Part shown: positions 27,410 through 38,097 of the stretch, in pieces
How positions within the stretch are numbered: position 1 is the stretch's first letter
Layout: the number at the start of each line of letters is the position of its first letter
NCBI GenBank assembly: GCA_964537245.1
Contig: CAZHZL010000003.1
Location: forward strand, 559 to 64,558
DNA length: 64,000 bases
Reading direction: 5' to 3'
Source: an uncultured Oscillospiraceae bacterium
GTDB lineage: Bacteria; Bacillota; Clostridia; UMGS1840
The notes under the pieces: model-generated
What the model saw: only the letters and a program-made list of their open reading frames with translations
Told to the model about the DNA's origin: nothing
Database searches by the model: none
Program-made: the position numbers and the translations under genes

Positions 27410-28579
27410 TTAAAAACAGCTTTCAAAAACTTCCTTCACTTTATCATAATCAAGGTTCAGATATCCTTCGATTTCTCTCGTTTTTCCAAAGGTGCAAAGC
27501 TCAGCAAGTCTGTCAACGGAATTTTTATCAATATCAAACTCACTGAGTTTTGTCGGCATACCTAAAAATTCAAAATATTCCGCCATTTTTTCAATTCCAG
27601 CTACTGACGCTTTTTCATCATCATCCTCATGGATATCCCATACATTGCGCGCAAACTGAGCAAATCTTCCGATATTATATTTATAAACATATTTTGCCCA
27701 CGCTGGATATAACACAGCAAGTCCTGCCCCGTGCGCAATATGCTCAAATTCTCCGCTAAGAGCATGCTCAAGCTGATGAACGGCAAGATAGCACCCTCTT
27801 CCGCTGTCTGTCAAACCGTTATGCGATAAGCTTGAAGCCCACATTGCCGCCGCTCTTGCATCGTAATCACAAGGATTTTCCATAAGCGTTCTTCCCGCAT
27901 TGATAACAGATTTCAAAAGCCCCTCGGCAATTCTGTCCGTAAGCTCAAAAGGCGGGCAGTTTGTGAAATATCTTTCCATTGTATGCGCCATTGTATCAAC
28001 TATACCGCAAGCTGTCTGATATTTGCTTACGCTGTAAGTAAGCTCAGGATTACATATTGCAAACTTACATCTTATAATTTCGCTGCTGTAACCTCTTTTT
28101 ATATTAAGCTCTTCATTTGTAATAACGGCTGACTGGCTCATTTCACTTCCTGCGGCGGAAATGGTAAGAATACAGCCGACAGGAAGCGCTGATGTCGGAG
28201 TGTTTTTTCTTGAGGCAATATCCCACACATCAAAATCGTTTACAGCTCCCATTGCAGTGTATTTCGAAGAATCGATGGTGCTTCCTCCTCCGACAGCAAG
28301 AATCATCTCCACCTTTTCCTTTTTTGCAAGCTTAACAGCTTCACGAACAAAAGAAAGTCTCGGATTCGGGTCAACACCCCCGAATTCAACAACCTCAATC
28401 CCGTTTTCTGAAAGTGAGTTCATAATCTCATCATAAAGTCCGATTTTTTTAATACTTCCCTTTCCGTACTGGAGCATTATTTTTTTATAATCGTAGGATT
28501 TGATAATTTCACCCACATTTTTATGTGTATCCTTTCCGAAATACACCTTTGTAGGAGTATAATACATAAAATTATTCAT
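27410..28579 (-). CDS. Iron-containing (group III) alcohol dehydrogenase, butanol-dehydrogenase/YqhD-like
   Basis: MNNFMYYTPTKVYFG start, GGGSTIDSSK nucleotide motif, and His-rich metal site (HQLEHALS...HGAGLA). Confidence 0.9.
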   Translation of the reverse strand: MNNFMYYTPTKVYFGKDTHKNVGEIIKSYDYKKIMLQYGKGSIKKIGLYDEIMNSLSENGIEVVEFGGVDPNPRLSFVREAVKLAKKEKVEMILAVGGGSTIDSSKYTAMGAVNDFDVWDIASRKNTPTSALPVGCILTISAAGSEMSQSAVITNEELNIKRGYSSEIIRCKFAICNPELTYSVSKYQTACGIVDTMAHTMERYFTNCPPFELTDRIAEGLLKSVINAGRTLMENPCDYDARAAAMWASSLSHNGLTDSGRGCYLAVHQLEHALSGEFEHIAHGAGLAVLYPAWAKYVYKYNIGRFAQFARNVWDIHEDDDEKASVAGIEKMAEYFEFLGMPTKLSEFDIDKNSVDRLAELCTFGKTREIEGYLNLDYDKVKEVFESCF

Positions 28580-28580
28580 A

Positions 28581-28946
28581 TTATTTATTTCCTTTCTTCT
28601 GTTTTGGCTTTTCTTTCTTTTCGTTCAGCAATCTTTTGCACATTGTTTTTTCTTTACATTCCGGACATCTGAGATGTCTTTTCGAAGGTGTATGAGTAGC
28701 AAAAATATACGAAATCAATGACGGCTTGAAAACCTTTCCGCAATTTTTACATTCATAAGCTCCTGTGCTGAAATCTGCTATTACGGATATAACAAGCGCC
28801 CCCAAAAAATTTAAAACTGCAAGAATTATAAGAATATTCCTGTCGTTTATTGTAAGATAATCTTTTACATAAATGCACATTGCCATAAGCGCAATTGATA
28901 ATAAAAGATACAGTATTGACATAAATATTTTAAATATTCCTCTCAT
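28581..28946 (-). CDS. Membrane-anchored zinc-ribbon protein, function unknown
   Basis: Two N-terminal TM helices, then CKNCGKVF...LRCPECKEK (CxxC-x26-CxxC) and a Lys-rich tail. Confidence 0.5.
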   Translation of the reverse strand: MRGIFKIFMSILYLLLSIALMAMCIYVKDYLTINDRNILIILAVLNFLGALVISVIADFSTGAYECKNCGKVFKPSLISYIFATHTPSKRHLRCPECKEKTMCKRLLNEKKEKPKQKKGNK

Positions 28947-28949
28947 GGT

Positions 28950-29642
28950 TTATACCTCAACCTTTTTTATTTTTAATGTTTTCAGATAAGCTTTTTTCTC
29001 ATCGGAAACCCGATAGCTTTCGCATGCCTTTACAATAGCTTTATTGTGTACCCATGTATCAAGCTTTTTATTTTCTATATACAAAACAGTTTTTTCGTAC
29101 TGCTTGGCTAACGCCGTCGCAAAATACCACGCCTGCATCATTTTAACATAATATTCCGAAGCTTTCACATTGCAAACCAATAAAAGATATTCTTCCTTAA
29201 AATTCCCGTCAAGATAAAAATTCATAAGCATTTTTATTCCAAAGCGTATTGTATATGTGTGCGAAGATGATATCCATCTTTTTATATCAATAAGAAGCCT
29301 GTCCGGATATTTTTTCAGAATTTTCGGAGTCATCATATCACAGGTCGCCCAATTATCCACATACGGCAAAAAACGGTTTAATTCGTCTATACAATTGTCA
29401 TAATCTTTTATTTTTTCTATAAGAAATCCGTGAAGATTATCCTCCTCATAATATTTGTGAGGTAAAATTTTCAAAAAATCTTCCGCCTGAGGAGTTTTAT
29501 CTATTTCTTTTGCATATTTTCTCAAATCAGGTATGCGCACACCGATTATTTTATCGGTGTTCACAGTAGGCATAAGCTTGGAATGAAAATTTTTATATTT
29601 CTCGTCTTTAAGAGAAAACAAGCTTTTTTCTATGCTGTTCAC
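28950..29642 (-). CDS. DNA alkylation repair protein (AlkD-like HEAT-repeat family)
   Basis: Typical family sequence ...YKNFHSKLMPTVNTDKIIGVRIPDLRKYAKEI... and ...NWATCDM... GTG start with RBS GGAGGGGA. Confidence 0.75.
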   Translation of the reverse strand: MNSIEKSLFSLKDEKYKNFHSKLMPTVNTDKIIGVRIPDLRKYAKEIDKTPQAEDFLKILPHKYYEEDNLHGFLIEKIKDYDNCIDELNRFLPYVDNWATCDMMTPKILKKYPDRLLIDIKRWISSSHTYTIRFGIKMLMNFYLDGNFKEEYLLLVCNVKASEYYVKMMQAWYFATALAKQYEKTVLYIENKKLDTWVHNKAIVKACESYRVSDEKKAYLKTLKIKKVEV

Positions 29643-29702
29643 TATATCCCCTCCAAATCCTTTATTCTATTATACACGCTAAACAATAAAAAGTCAACCA
29701 CC

Positions 29703-29737
29703 AAAAAACAGCAGAAAAATCAATTCTTCTGCTGTTT
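29703..29737 (-). terminator. Rho-independent terminator after the 29760-30212 gene
   Basis: AACAGCAGAA (29707-29716) pairs with TTCTGCTGTT (29727-29736), a 10-bp stem. On the minus strand it is followed by TTTTTT. Confidence 0.7.
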
Positions 29738-29759
29738 AAAAAATCAAAATAATTCTATT

Positions 29760-30212
29760 TTAAAATTTCAAAACCTCGCTGTGTGTTTCAGCTTCGTCGT
29801 CTATTTCTACGAGACCGTCAGGAGTTTCAACCATATCGTGACGGTTGAGCAAAAATCTTCTGATACCAAAAAGTACCGCTATTGCAAAAACTGTTACGAG
29901 GTTTTCAAGCGGTGCGGCATGTCCGACAATAAGCTGACGCGCAAGCGCAAACGCAAGAACTTCAATTATCGTTTCAGGAGTATGCTTACAAAGCATTTTT
30001 ATAAGTTCTGCGCCAATTGCAAGTATAATGGCATCGTCCAAAATTTTCACCAATGAATCAACGCCTTCAGAATAGGCCGATACACTTACCATATCAACAA
30101 CTAAACGCACTGCAAGAATTAAAATTGCAATACCGACTATCACCGATATAAAAAGTTCAAAAATATAACTCAGTTCGAACATTTTGTCCTGAAGCTTTTT
30201 TCTCATTTTCAT
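29760..30212 (-). CDS. Small integral membrane protein, possibly PsiE-like
   Basis: 150 aa with about 4 TM helices. The spacing of charged and hydrophobic blocks resembles phosphate-starvation-inducible PsiE, but the assignment is tentative. Confidence 0.35.
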   Translation of the reverse strand: MKMRKKLQDKMFELSYIFELFISVIVGIAILILAVRLVVDMVSVSAYSEGVDSLVKILDDAIILAIGAELIKMLCKHTPETIIEVLAFALARQLIVGHAAPLENLVTVFAIAVLFGIRRFLLNRHDMVETPDGLVEIDDEAETHSEVLKF

Positions 30213-30328
30213 AAAACCCGTCCTTTCGGTTGTTATATTTTTATTTTAACATAAATTTTTCCATTTAGCAAGCATTTTGTCGTATTTTGTTTAATTAATA
30301 AAAAATTATATAAAAACAGTCTCACAGA

Positions 30329-30357
30329 TTGACATTTTTCAAAAAAAAGTTTATAAT
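30329..30357 (+). promoter_or_regulatory. Sigma-A promoter of recD2
   Basis: TTGACA (30329-30334), 17-nt spacer, TATAAT (30352-30357). Confidence 0.6.
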
Positions 30358-30379
30358 AAATTTGTATGCTTAAAAAAAG

Positions 30380-32587
30380 GTGGTGATACGCTTGGAAGAA
30401 AGAACAGATAAAAGCTTGGAGTGCTTGGAAGGAACTGTTGAGGAGATTGTTTACTACAACAGCGACAACGGTTATGCCGTTATTTATCTTGATGTTTTAG
30501 GAGAATATATAAGTATAGCGGGAAATCTGCCTTTTATTTCAGAAGGTGAAGGCGTATCAATCCACGGAAGCTGGTATGACCACCCAAAATACGGCAGACA
30601 GCTTAACGCAGTTTACTATGAGCCGAAAATAGTACATAACGCACAGGGGGCATATAAATATTTAAGCGGCGGAATAATAAAGGGGATCGGACCCATTACC
30701 GCCAAAAAAATAGTTGAAAAATTCGGTGACGAAACCTTTTATGTTATCGAAAGAGATTATGACAAGCTTATAAAAGTAAACGGTATCACGCCTAAAAAAG
30801 CAAGGGCAATCCACGAAGAATATATGAAAAAAATTGAGTTTCAGAATGTCGTTACCTTTTTCAATCAATATGAGGTATCGCCTGCCGTTTCCGTAAGAGT
30901 TTATAATACCTTTGGAAATATGGCGCTCGCTCTTTGTAAAAAAAATCCGTATATAATATGCGAAAGAGTTGAAAGAGTAGGCTTTCCGACAGCTGATAAG
31001 CTCGCAAAAAAAATGGGTTTTGAAAACGATTGTCCCGAAAGAATCAACGCAGGTGTAATTTATACGCTTAACAATGCCGCTATGAACGGGCACACCTGTC
31101 TGCCACAGGATATTCTTATTAAAAATACTGCTGTAACGCTTAATATAGGCGAAAAAAATGCAGAAAATCAGATTTTAAAAATGGTTGCAGATAAAAGGCT
31201 TGTTCTAAGGTGTATAAACGAAATCACTTACATTACGCTTCCTATGTATTATGAAGCGGAAAGCTACATCGCAATGCGTATCGAAGCCTTAAAAAAAGTT
31301 AAGGTTGACGATTTATCAAAAAAAATCCATTTATCTGATGTTTGCGAAATTGAGCTTGCAGAAAATCAGAGTAAAGCAGTCACAGAAGCACTCAAAAACA
31401 ATCTTCTTATAATAACAGGCGGACCGGGAACAGGAAAAACGACAGTTATTAAAACGATTATAGCTTCATTTGAAAAGCTCGGGAAAAAAGTTATCCTTGC
31501 AGCACCTACCGGAAGAGCGGCAAAAAGGATTTCAGAGCTTACAGGAAAAAACGCCAAAACAATCCACAGACTTCTTGAACTCTGTTACCATAAAAATCAA
31601 AAGCCTGAATTTGAAAGAAACGCACAAAATCCGCTTATATGCGATGTTGTGATAGTTGATGAAATGTCTATGACGGATACGCTTTTATTTCAGGCGCTTT
31701 TATGCGCATTAAAAGAAAGGACCCGTCTTATAATGGTTGGAGACTGCGACCAGCTTCCGCCTGTCGGTGCAGGTAATGTGCTTAAAGACCTTATCAGTTC
31801 AAAGGTTATAAAACGAATTACCTTTGATGAAATTTTCCGACAGAATGAAAATTCACAAATTGTAACAAACGCACACCTTATATTAAAAGGTGAAGCGCCC
31901 GAATATAACAAAAAAAATTCAGACTTCTTTTTTGTGCAGTCCTTTGAAACAGAAAAAACACAAAAAAGCATAAATGAACTGCTTACAGAAAGGCTTCCGA
32001 AGTTTCTTAACACAACGCCCGATAAAATACAAGTGCTTACACCTATGAGAAAAACCACTCTCGGAAGTGTTGAGCTTAACAAATCAATTAAAAATGTCTT
32101 AAATCCCGTTAAAAAAGGAGATATAACAAAAAGCGCTAACGGCTATGTTTTTTCTGTGGGTGACAGAGTTATGCAGACGAAAAACGATTATGACATAACC
32201 TGGAAAAGCCCTTACGACGCAGGCGAAGGCATATACAACGGTGATATGGGAGTTGTAACTGCCATAAACATAAAAAATTCAACAATGACAATAATTTTTG
32301 ACGATGATAAAGAGGTTGAGTACGAATTTTCAAGGCTTGACAATTTAGAGCTTTCATACGCAATCACCGTTCATAAAAGTCAAGGAAGCGAATTTGACGC
32401 GGTAATCATACCGCTTTTATACGGCTATGAACAGCTTATGAGCAGAAATCTGCTTTATACGGCCGTTACAAGAGCAAAAAAATTCGTCTGCATTGTAGGA
32501 ACTAAAACCTGCGTTGAAAAAATGATTGCAAACGATATTGAATTTAAACGGTATACACTTTTAAAAGAATTTTTTACAGAAGATTAG
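30380..32587 (+). CDS. recD2: ATP-dependent RecD2-like SF1 DNA helicase
   Basis: Walker A motif ITGGPGTGKTT, DEMSM, MVGDCDQLPPVG, and a C-terminal AITVHKSQGSEF. The start is GTG 30380 or, with better RBS spacing, TTG 30392. Confidence 0.9.
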   Translation: MVIRLEERTDKSLECLEGTVEEIVYYNSDNGYAVIYLDVLGEYISIAGNLPFISEGEGVSIHGSWYDHPKYGRQLNAVYYEPKIVHNAQGAYKYLSGGIIKGIGPITAKKIVEKFGDETFYVIERDYDKLIKVNGITPKKARAIHEEYMKKIEFQNVVTFFNQYEVSPAVSVRVYNTFGNMALALCKKNPYIICERVERVGFPTADKLAKKMGFENDCPERINAGVIYTLNNAAMNGHTCLPQDILIKNTAVTLNIGEKNAENQILKMVADKRLVLRCINEITYITLPMYYEAESYIAMRIEALKKVKVDDLSKKIHLSDVCEIELAENQSKAVTEALKNNLLIITGGPGTGKTTVIKTIIASFEKLGKKVILAAPTGRAAKRISELTGKNAKTIHRLLELCYHKNQKPEFERNAQNPLICDVVIVDEMSMTDTLLFQALLCALKERTRLIMVGDCDQLPPVGAGNVLKDLISSKVIKRITFDEIFRQNENSQIVTNAHLILKGEAPEYNKKNSDFFFVQSFETEKTQKSINELLTERLPKFLNTTPDKIQVLTPMRKTTLGSVELNKSIKNVLNPVKKGDITKSANGYVFSVGDRVMQTKNDYDITWKSPYDAGEGIYNGDMGVVTAINIKNSTMTIIFDDDKEVEYEFSRLDNLELSYAITVHKSQGSEFDAVIIPLLYGYEQLMSRNLLYTAVTRAKKFVCIVGTKTCVEKMIANDIEFKRYTLLKEFFTED

Positions 32588-32598
32588 GAGAATAAACA

Positions 32599-33159
32599 AT
32601 GTATTTAATAGTAGGGCTCGGCAATCCGGGCAAAAAATATGAATTTACCAGACACAACACAGGATTTTTATTCCTTGATTTTCTGGCGGCGTCATATAAT
32701 ATAAAAATAAACAAAATTAAATTCAAGGGACTTGTGGGAGAAGGAAAAATCGAAAACGAAAGGGTTATCCTTTTAAAGCCGTCTACATTTATGAATTTAA
32801 GCGGAGAAAGTGTAAGAGAAGCAATGGACTTCTATAAACTGACGACAGATGATATAATAGTAATATATGACGATATTTCACTTCCACTGGGCAAACTGAG
32901 AATAAGAGAAAAAGGCAGCGCAGGCGGTCACAACGGAATTAAAAACATTATTCTGCACACCAAAAGCGAGGAATTTAAGAGAATACGCGTTGGAATTGAA
33001 GATATAAACCGAAAAGAAAAGGAACCTGCCGATTTTGTTTTGAAGGCTTACTCAAAGGCTGAATTAAAAGACCTGGGTGCTGCAGTTGACAACGGAGTTG
33101 AAGCACTTAAGCTTATTATAAAAGGCGATATATTAAAGGCTATGAACTTATATAACTAA
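32599..33159 (+). CDS. pth: Peptidyl-tRNA hydrolase
   Basis: MYLIVGLGNPGKKYEFTRHNTGF... and GSAGGHNGIKNI motifs. Confidence 0.95.
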   Translation: MYLIVGLGNPGKKYEFTRHNTGFLFLDFLAASYNIKINKIKFKGLVGEGKIENERVILLKPSTFMNLSGESVREAMDFYKLTTDDIIVIYDDISLPLGKLRIREKGSAGGHNGIKNIILHTKSEEFKRIRVGIEDINRKEKEPADFVLKAYSKAELKDLGAAVDNGVEALKLIIKGDILKAMNLYN

Positions 33160-33169
33160 GGATAAGAAT

Positions 33170-36100
33170 ATGAGATTTAACGGATTTTCAAGTGTGCTCA
33201 AAAATTATGAGCCGTTTATAAATTTAAAAAACTTCATAAAAGAAAAAAACGGAAAAATCGCAGGGATTGACGGGCTTACAGACGGTGCAAAAGCACATAT
33301 TGCCGCAACGCTGACAGAAGATATAAATGCACCTTGTCTCTGGATTTTAAAAAACAGTCGTGACGCAAGAAAAATTAAAAGCATGGCTGAGTTTTACGGG
33401 ATAGATGTGTTTCTTCTGCCCGACCACGAATTCGTTTATTATGAAGTATATGCTTCAAGTGAGGACGAAAAACGGGAGCGCATAAACTTTTTTGAAAATT
33501 TATATAAGAAAAAAGCAGGTCTGTATCTTGTTACTCCTGTTTCTTTTTTAGCGCCTGCGCCTGAAAAGGAAGGCTTTCTGGCACAGTCGTTTGAAATTTC
33601 AGTAGGCGATGAAATTTCTGTTAAAGAATTAGTAAAAAGACTTGATAATTTTGAAAGAACAGACGAGACAGAAAGTCCCGGACAGTACAGCGTTCGCGGC
33701 GGAATAACGGATATATTTCCCTACACAGCAAAGCTTCCTTACAGAATAGAATTTTTTGGTGATGAAATTGATTCTATAAGAACCTTTGACACCATAACAA
33801 AGCTTAGTATTGAAAAGGTTGATACTGCCGTTATCTCAAACTTAAGTGAATACACAATAAAAGATAAGAAAAAGCTTGCCGAAGAGCTAACAAAAGTTCT
33901 TGAAAATTCTGAAAATGAGGATTTGAACAAAATCCTTTTGCGTGATATAGAAAGAATAAAAAACAGCGAAAGTCTGCACTCTTATGACAGATATTTTCCG
34001 CTTATAACTGAAAACCTTTCAACAATTCCCGAATATATCGACGAAGATTTTATTATAATACTTGACGACCCCAACGATATTTATGAATATTCAAGTACAA
34101 TATATAAAGAGCATACAGACTACCTTTGCGAGCTTTATGAAAGAAATATAATAATAAAAGAAAACTTGAAATTCTTTAAAAATCCGCAGGATATTATAAA
34201 AAATCTGTATAAGAACAATGTTATCCATTTCGGCTTTTTAAAAAATAATTTCGGAGATAAAATCCCTGATATAAAAATAAATATTCCTACAAAAAATGTT
34301 ATGTCCACAAGCGGTAGTATAACAATATTTGCAGATGAAATCAAAGAATTTTTAGAAGAGGATTATTTTGTTCTTATCCCCGGAAGAACAAAGGATAAAG
34401 CAGAAAGGCTTTCCTTTACACTCTCTAACTACGGGATAAATGCGGCTGTAATAAAGGATTTTTCAAAAATAGTAAAGGGTGTAAGCATATTGCCCTTCAG
34501 CGGTTTTTGCGAAGGGTTTTGCTATCCTGATTTAAAATTTGCATATTTTTCCGATATATACAGCGACCAAAAAACAAAAAGGCGCAGAAAAGAATCAAAA
34601 AATGAAAACGCCATAACAAACTTTTCCGATTTATCCGAAGGAGACTGCGTTGTTCATCCCGTCCACGGTATCGGTGTATATGAAGGGATAAAACGATTAA
34701 AAATTGAAGGCGAAGAAAAAGACCTTATAAAAATCCGCTACCACGGAAATGACAATCTTTATATACCTGTAAATCAGCTTGGCACCCTTTATAAATATGT
34801 TGGTGACGATGCAAAGACAGTCAAGCTTAACAGGCTTGGCGGAGCTGATTTTTCAAGGGTAAAAAGCAGAGTAAAAAAGAGCTGTGAGGACCTTGCGGAA
34901 CAGCTTATTGAGCTTTACAAAAACAGAGAAACTGCACCCGGATTTCAGTTTTCCGAGGATAACGATATGCAGATTCAGTTTGAAAGGACTTTTCCTTATG
35001 AGGAAACACAAGACCAGCTTGATTCTATTTATGAGGTTAAAAAGGATATGCAATCCCCTCACCCTATGGACAGACTGATATGCGGAGATGTCGGCTACGG
35101 AAAAACCGAGATTGCACTCCGCGCCGCTTTTAAAGCTGTCTGCGACGGAAAACAAGTTGCATATCTTGCACCGACAACAGTTCTTGCAAAACAGCATTAT
35201 AACACATTTTGCGAAAGAATGAAGGACTTCCCTGTTACTGTCGGACTGCTTTCAAGATTTTGCACAAGAAAAGAAATAACAAGTACAATAAAAGAATTAA
35301 AATCAGGCTTATGCGATATTGTTATCGGCACACACAGACTTCTCTCTGACGATGTTGATTTCAAGGATTTGGGTCTTCTTATAGTAGACGAGGAGCAGAG
35401 ATTCGGAGTTAAGCATAAAGAAAAAATAAAAGCAATGAAAACGGGTATAGATATTCTTACCTTAAGCGCTACCCCTATCCCCCGTACCTTGAATATGGCA
35501 ATGGTAGGCATAAGAGATGTTTCAACATTAAAAGAGCCTCCATGTGACAGACACCCTGTCAGAACTTTTGTAATGGAATACAATGAAAGTATTGTCAACG
35601 ACGCTATAAAAAAGGAACTTGCACGAAACGGACAGGTATTCTACCTTTACAACAGAGTTGAAAGTATCCACTCTGTCGCCAAAAGGATTTCAGACAGCTT
35701 TCCTGACGCAACAGTCAAGGTTGCACATGGTAAACTTTCAAGAGAAGAAATGGAGAAGATATTCTACGAAATGTCTTTGGGCGAGATTGATATTTTAGTC
35801 TGCACTACAATTATTGAGACAGGTCTTGATATACCTAATGTCAACACGATGATTATTGAAAATTCAGATTATTTCGGACTTTCACAGCTTTATCAGCTAA
35901 GAGGCAGAGTCGGTCGTTCATCACGACTTGCATACTGCTATCTGACCTATCGTCCGTTTAAATCAATTTCAGATGTCAGTGAAAAAAGGCTTAAGGCAAT
36001 AAAGGAATTTACCGAATTTGGCTCAGGCTTTAAAATTGCGATGCGAGATTTGGAAATAAGAGGCGCAGGAAATATATTGGGTGCGGAACAGCACGGTCAT

Positions 36101-36634
36101 ATGGACGCGGTAGGCTACGATATGTATCTCAAGCTGCTTGACGAGGCAGTAAGAGAAAAACGCGGTGAAAAAATTGAAGAAAAGATACAGTGTCACATTG
36201 ATATTAAAGTCAGCGCGTTTATAGACTCGGCGTATATTTCAGACCATAACACAAAAATGGAAATATATAAAAAAATTTCGCTTATTGAAAACGAAGAGGA
36301 TTATTCCGATTTATACGATGAAATGACGGACAGATTTTCAGATGTTCCAAAAGAAACACTTAATCTTCTTGATATATCGTATATAAAATCACTTTGTGAA
36401 AGAATAGGGATTTTTGAAGTAACTGATATAAACTCCTCAATAACCTTTAAAATGAAAGAAATGTCAAACGAATTTGTGAGAACAGTTCTTGTTACGGACA
36501 GAAAGTATAAAGGAAAAATTCTGTTTGGTGCAGGAAAAACTCCGTATTTTACTTTAAAGCTTCTCACACTTGACAAAACAAAAGAAATAAAAGCATTCAT
36601 ACTTGCACTTTTATCTCTCTTAGAAAACACCTAA
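33170..36634 (+). CDS. mfd: Transcription-repair coupling factor
   Basis: 1154 aa with a UvrB-homology N-terminal region, an RNAP-interacting domain (GDCVVHPVHGIG), the SF2 translocase (GDVGYGKTE, DEEQRFGV) and a TRG/C-terminal domain. Confidence 0.95.
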   Translation: MRFNGFSSVLKNYEPFINLKNFIKEKNGKIAGIDGLTDGAKAHIAATLTEDINAPCLWILKNSRDARKIKSMAEFYGIDVFLLPDHEFVYYEVYASSEDEKRERINFFENLYKKKAGLYLVTPVSFLAPAPEKEGFLAQSFEISVGDEISVKELVKRLDNFERTDETESPGQYSVRGGITDIFPYTAKLPYRIEFFGDEIDSIRTFDTITKLSIEKVDTAVISNLSEYTIKDKKKLAEELTKVLENSENEDLNKILLRDIERIKNSESLHSYDRYFPLITENLSTIPEYIDEDFIIILDDPNDIYEYSSTIYKEHTDYLCELYERNIIIKENLKFFKNPQDIIKNLYKNNVIHFGFLKNNFGDKIPDIKINIPTKNVMSTSGSITIFADEIKEFLEEDYFVLIPGRTKDKAERLSFTLSNYGINAAVIKDFSKIVKGVSILPFSGFCEGFCYPDLKFAYFSDIYSDQKTKRRRKESKNENAITNFSDLSEGDCVVHPVHGIGVYEGIKRLKIEGEEKDLIKIRYHGNDNLYIPVNQLGTLYKYVGDDAKTVKLNRLGGADFSRVKSRVKKSCEDLAEQLIELYKNRETAPGFQFSEDNDMQIQFERTFPYEETQDQLDSIYEVKKDMQSPHPMDRLICGDVGYGKTEIALRAAFKAVCDGKQVAYLAPTTVLAKQHYNTFCERMKDFPVTVGLLSRFCTRKEITSTIKELKSGLCDIVIGTHRLLSDDVDFKDLGLLIVDEEQRFGVKHKEKIKAMKTGIDILTLSATPIPRTLNMAMVGIRDVSTLKEPPCDRHPVRTFVMEYNESIVNDAIKKELARNGQVFYLYNRVESIHSVAKRISDSFPDATVKVAHGKLSREEMEKIFYEMSLGEIDILVCTTIIETGLDIPNVNTMIIENSDYFGLSQLYQLRGRVGRSSRLAYCYLTYRPFKSISDVSEKRLKAIKEFTEFGSGFKIAMRDLEIRGAGNILGAEQHGHMDAVGYDMYLKLLDEAVREKRGEKIEEKIQCHIDIKVSAFIDSAYISDHNTKMEIYKKISLIENEEDYSDLYDEMTDRFSDVPKETLNLLDISYIKSLCERIGIFEVTDINSSITFKMKEMSNEFVRTVLVTDRKYKGKILFGAGKTPYFTLKLLTLDKTKEIKAFILALLSLLENT

Positions 36635-36647
36635 AAATATACATCGG

Positions 36648-36689
36648 GCTGTGAACAAAATGATTTTTTTAAATTGTATTGTTCACAGC
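36648..36689. terminator. Long inverted repeat between convergent mfd and the FAD/Rieske gene (probable bidirectional terminator)
   Basis: GCTGTGAACAA (36648-36658) pairs with TTGTTCACAGC (36679-36689), an 11-bp stem with a 20-nt AT-rich loop. Confidence 0.5.
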
Positions 36690-36703
36690 TTCCTTTCTTC
36701 ATT

Positions 36704-38005
36704 TTATAAATTTTTCTTATCATCGGTTGCAGGGTTGTCAATCACCTCACCGTTTTCTGTAAAACGGGAGCCGTGACAGGAGCAATCCCACGAATGTTCA
36801 TCACGATTATATTTAAGAGCGCAGCCCATATGAGGACATCGCGGTGCTTTGAATGTCAGAATGCCCGCAAGTGCTTCTGCTGTATTTACTGCAAGCTGAG
36901 GGTGAAATATGCTTCTTTGAGGGGAATATACTGATTCATATTCATTTTTCCTCCCCTGTACCATATCCGACAAAAGCATAGCTGATGTCATCGCAGAGGT
37001 CATCCCCCATTTATTAAAGCCCGTTGCTACATATAAAAAAGGTGTGTTTTTTGAATATTGACCGATATAAGGAATACCGTCAAGCGTCATGCAATCCTGT
37101 GTTGCCCATCTGTACACAGCCTTTGAATCGGGATAATTGGAATTTGCAAATTCCGAAAGCTCATGCCAGTTACCGCCTTTTTTTCCTGTTCGGTGACTTC
37201 CACCGCCAAGAAGCAGCATACCATCATAACTGCGAAATGACAGTCCCTTTATGTCTTCATCAATATACATATCTTTAATTTCGGGAGCATTTTTTAATGC
37301 AAGCACATAGGAACGATGTTGATACATTTTAAGAAAATATCCGCCGTGCTTATTAATAAAAGGAAAATGTGTTGCAACAATGATTTTTTCAGCTTTTATT
37401 TTGCCGTAATTTGTAATTGCGCCGTCAGGTCGCAGTTCTGTAATTTTTGTATTTTCATAAATCGGCAAATCCTTTGCAAGAGAAAACAAAAATTTTAAAG
37501 GATGAAGCTGTGCCTGTTTTTCTACCTTCGCTGCCCCTGCAACAGAAAACGGAAGCGGAAGATTTTCACAAAATTCAGCCTTACAACCGATTTTATCCAT
37601 TGCTTTAATTTCTTTTTCAATATCATTTCTGTTATTAAGAGAATATACAAACGAATTACATTCCTCAAAATCACACTCTGTTGGTTCGCTTAAATCACGG
37701 TATTTTTCAAGCGCTTTAAGCTGTGATAAAAAGTACATCTGTGCCGTTTCAGTTCCGAATTTATTAATTATTTTATCATATATCAGCCCATGCTGAAATG
37801 TAATTTTTGCCGTTGTGTTCTTTGTGATTCCTCCGCATATGCTGTCAGCCTCTGCAACAATGCAGTCAACGCCTTCATTTTTTAGCATATACGCACATAA
37901 AATTCCTGTTATGCCACCGCCTATAATAAGAACATCAGTCTTTATATCCCCTTTTAATGTATCAAAGCAAGGCTGTTTTGCAGTATCCTTCCATATTGAT
38001 TCCAT
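36704..38005 (-). CDS. FAD-dependent oxidoreductase fused to a C-terminal Rieske [2Fe-2S] domain
   Basis: The dinucleotide fold VLIIGGGITGI lies near the N-terminus, and the C-terminal CPHMGC...CSCHGSRF is a Rieske CxH/CxxH pair. ATG 38005 (RBS AGGTGA) is chosen because the longer ORF overlaps the neighbouring gene. Confidence 0.75.
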   Translation of the reverse strand: MESIWKDTAKQPCFDTLKGDIKTDVLIIGGGITGILCAYMLKNEGVDCIVAEADSICGGITKNTTAKITFQHGLIYDKIINKFGTETAQMYFLSQLKALEKYRDLSEPTECDFEECNSFVYSLNNRNDIEKEIKAMDKIGCKAEFCENLPLPFSVAGAAKVEKQAQLHPLKFLFSLAKDLPIYENTKITELRPDGAITNYGKIKAEKIIVATHFPFINKHGGYFLKMYQHRSYVLALKNAPEIKDMYIDEDIKGLSFRSYDGMLLLGGGSHRTGKKGGNWHELSEFANSNYPDSKAVYRWATQDCMTLDGIPYIGQYSKNTPFLYVATGFNKWGMTSAMTSAMLLSDMVQGRKNEYESVYSPQRSIFHPQLAVNTAEALAGILTFKAPRCPHMGCALKYNRDEHSWDCSCHGSRFTENGEVIDNPATDDKKNL

Positions 38006-38097
38006 AAATTCACCTCTATATTTAGTATGCGTATTTAATATGAAAAAATTCAAAAAAAGACAATCTTCCAAAAAACAGAAAATTGCCTTTTTTAATA

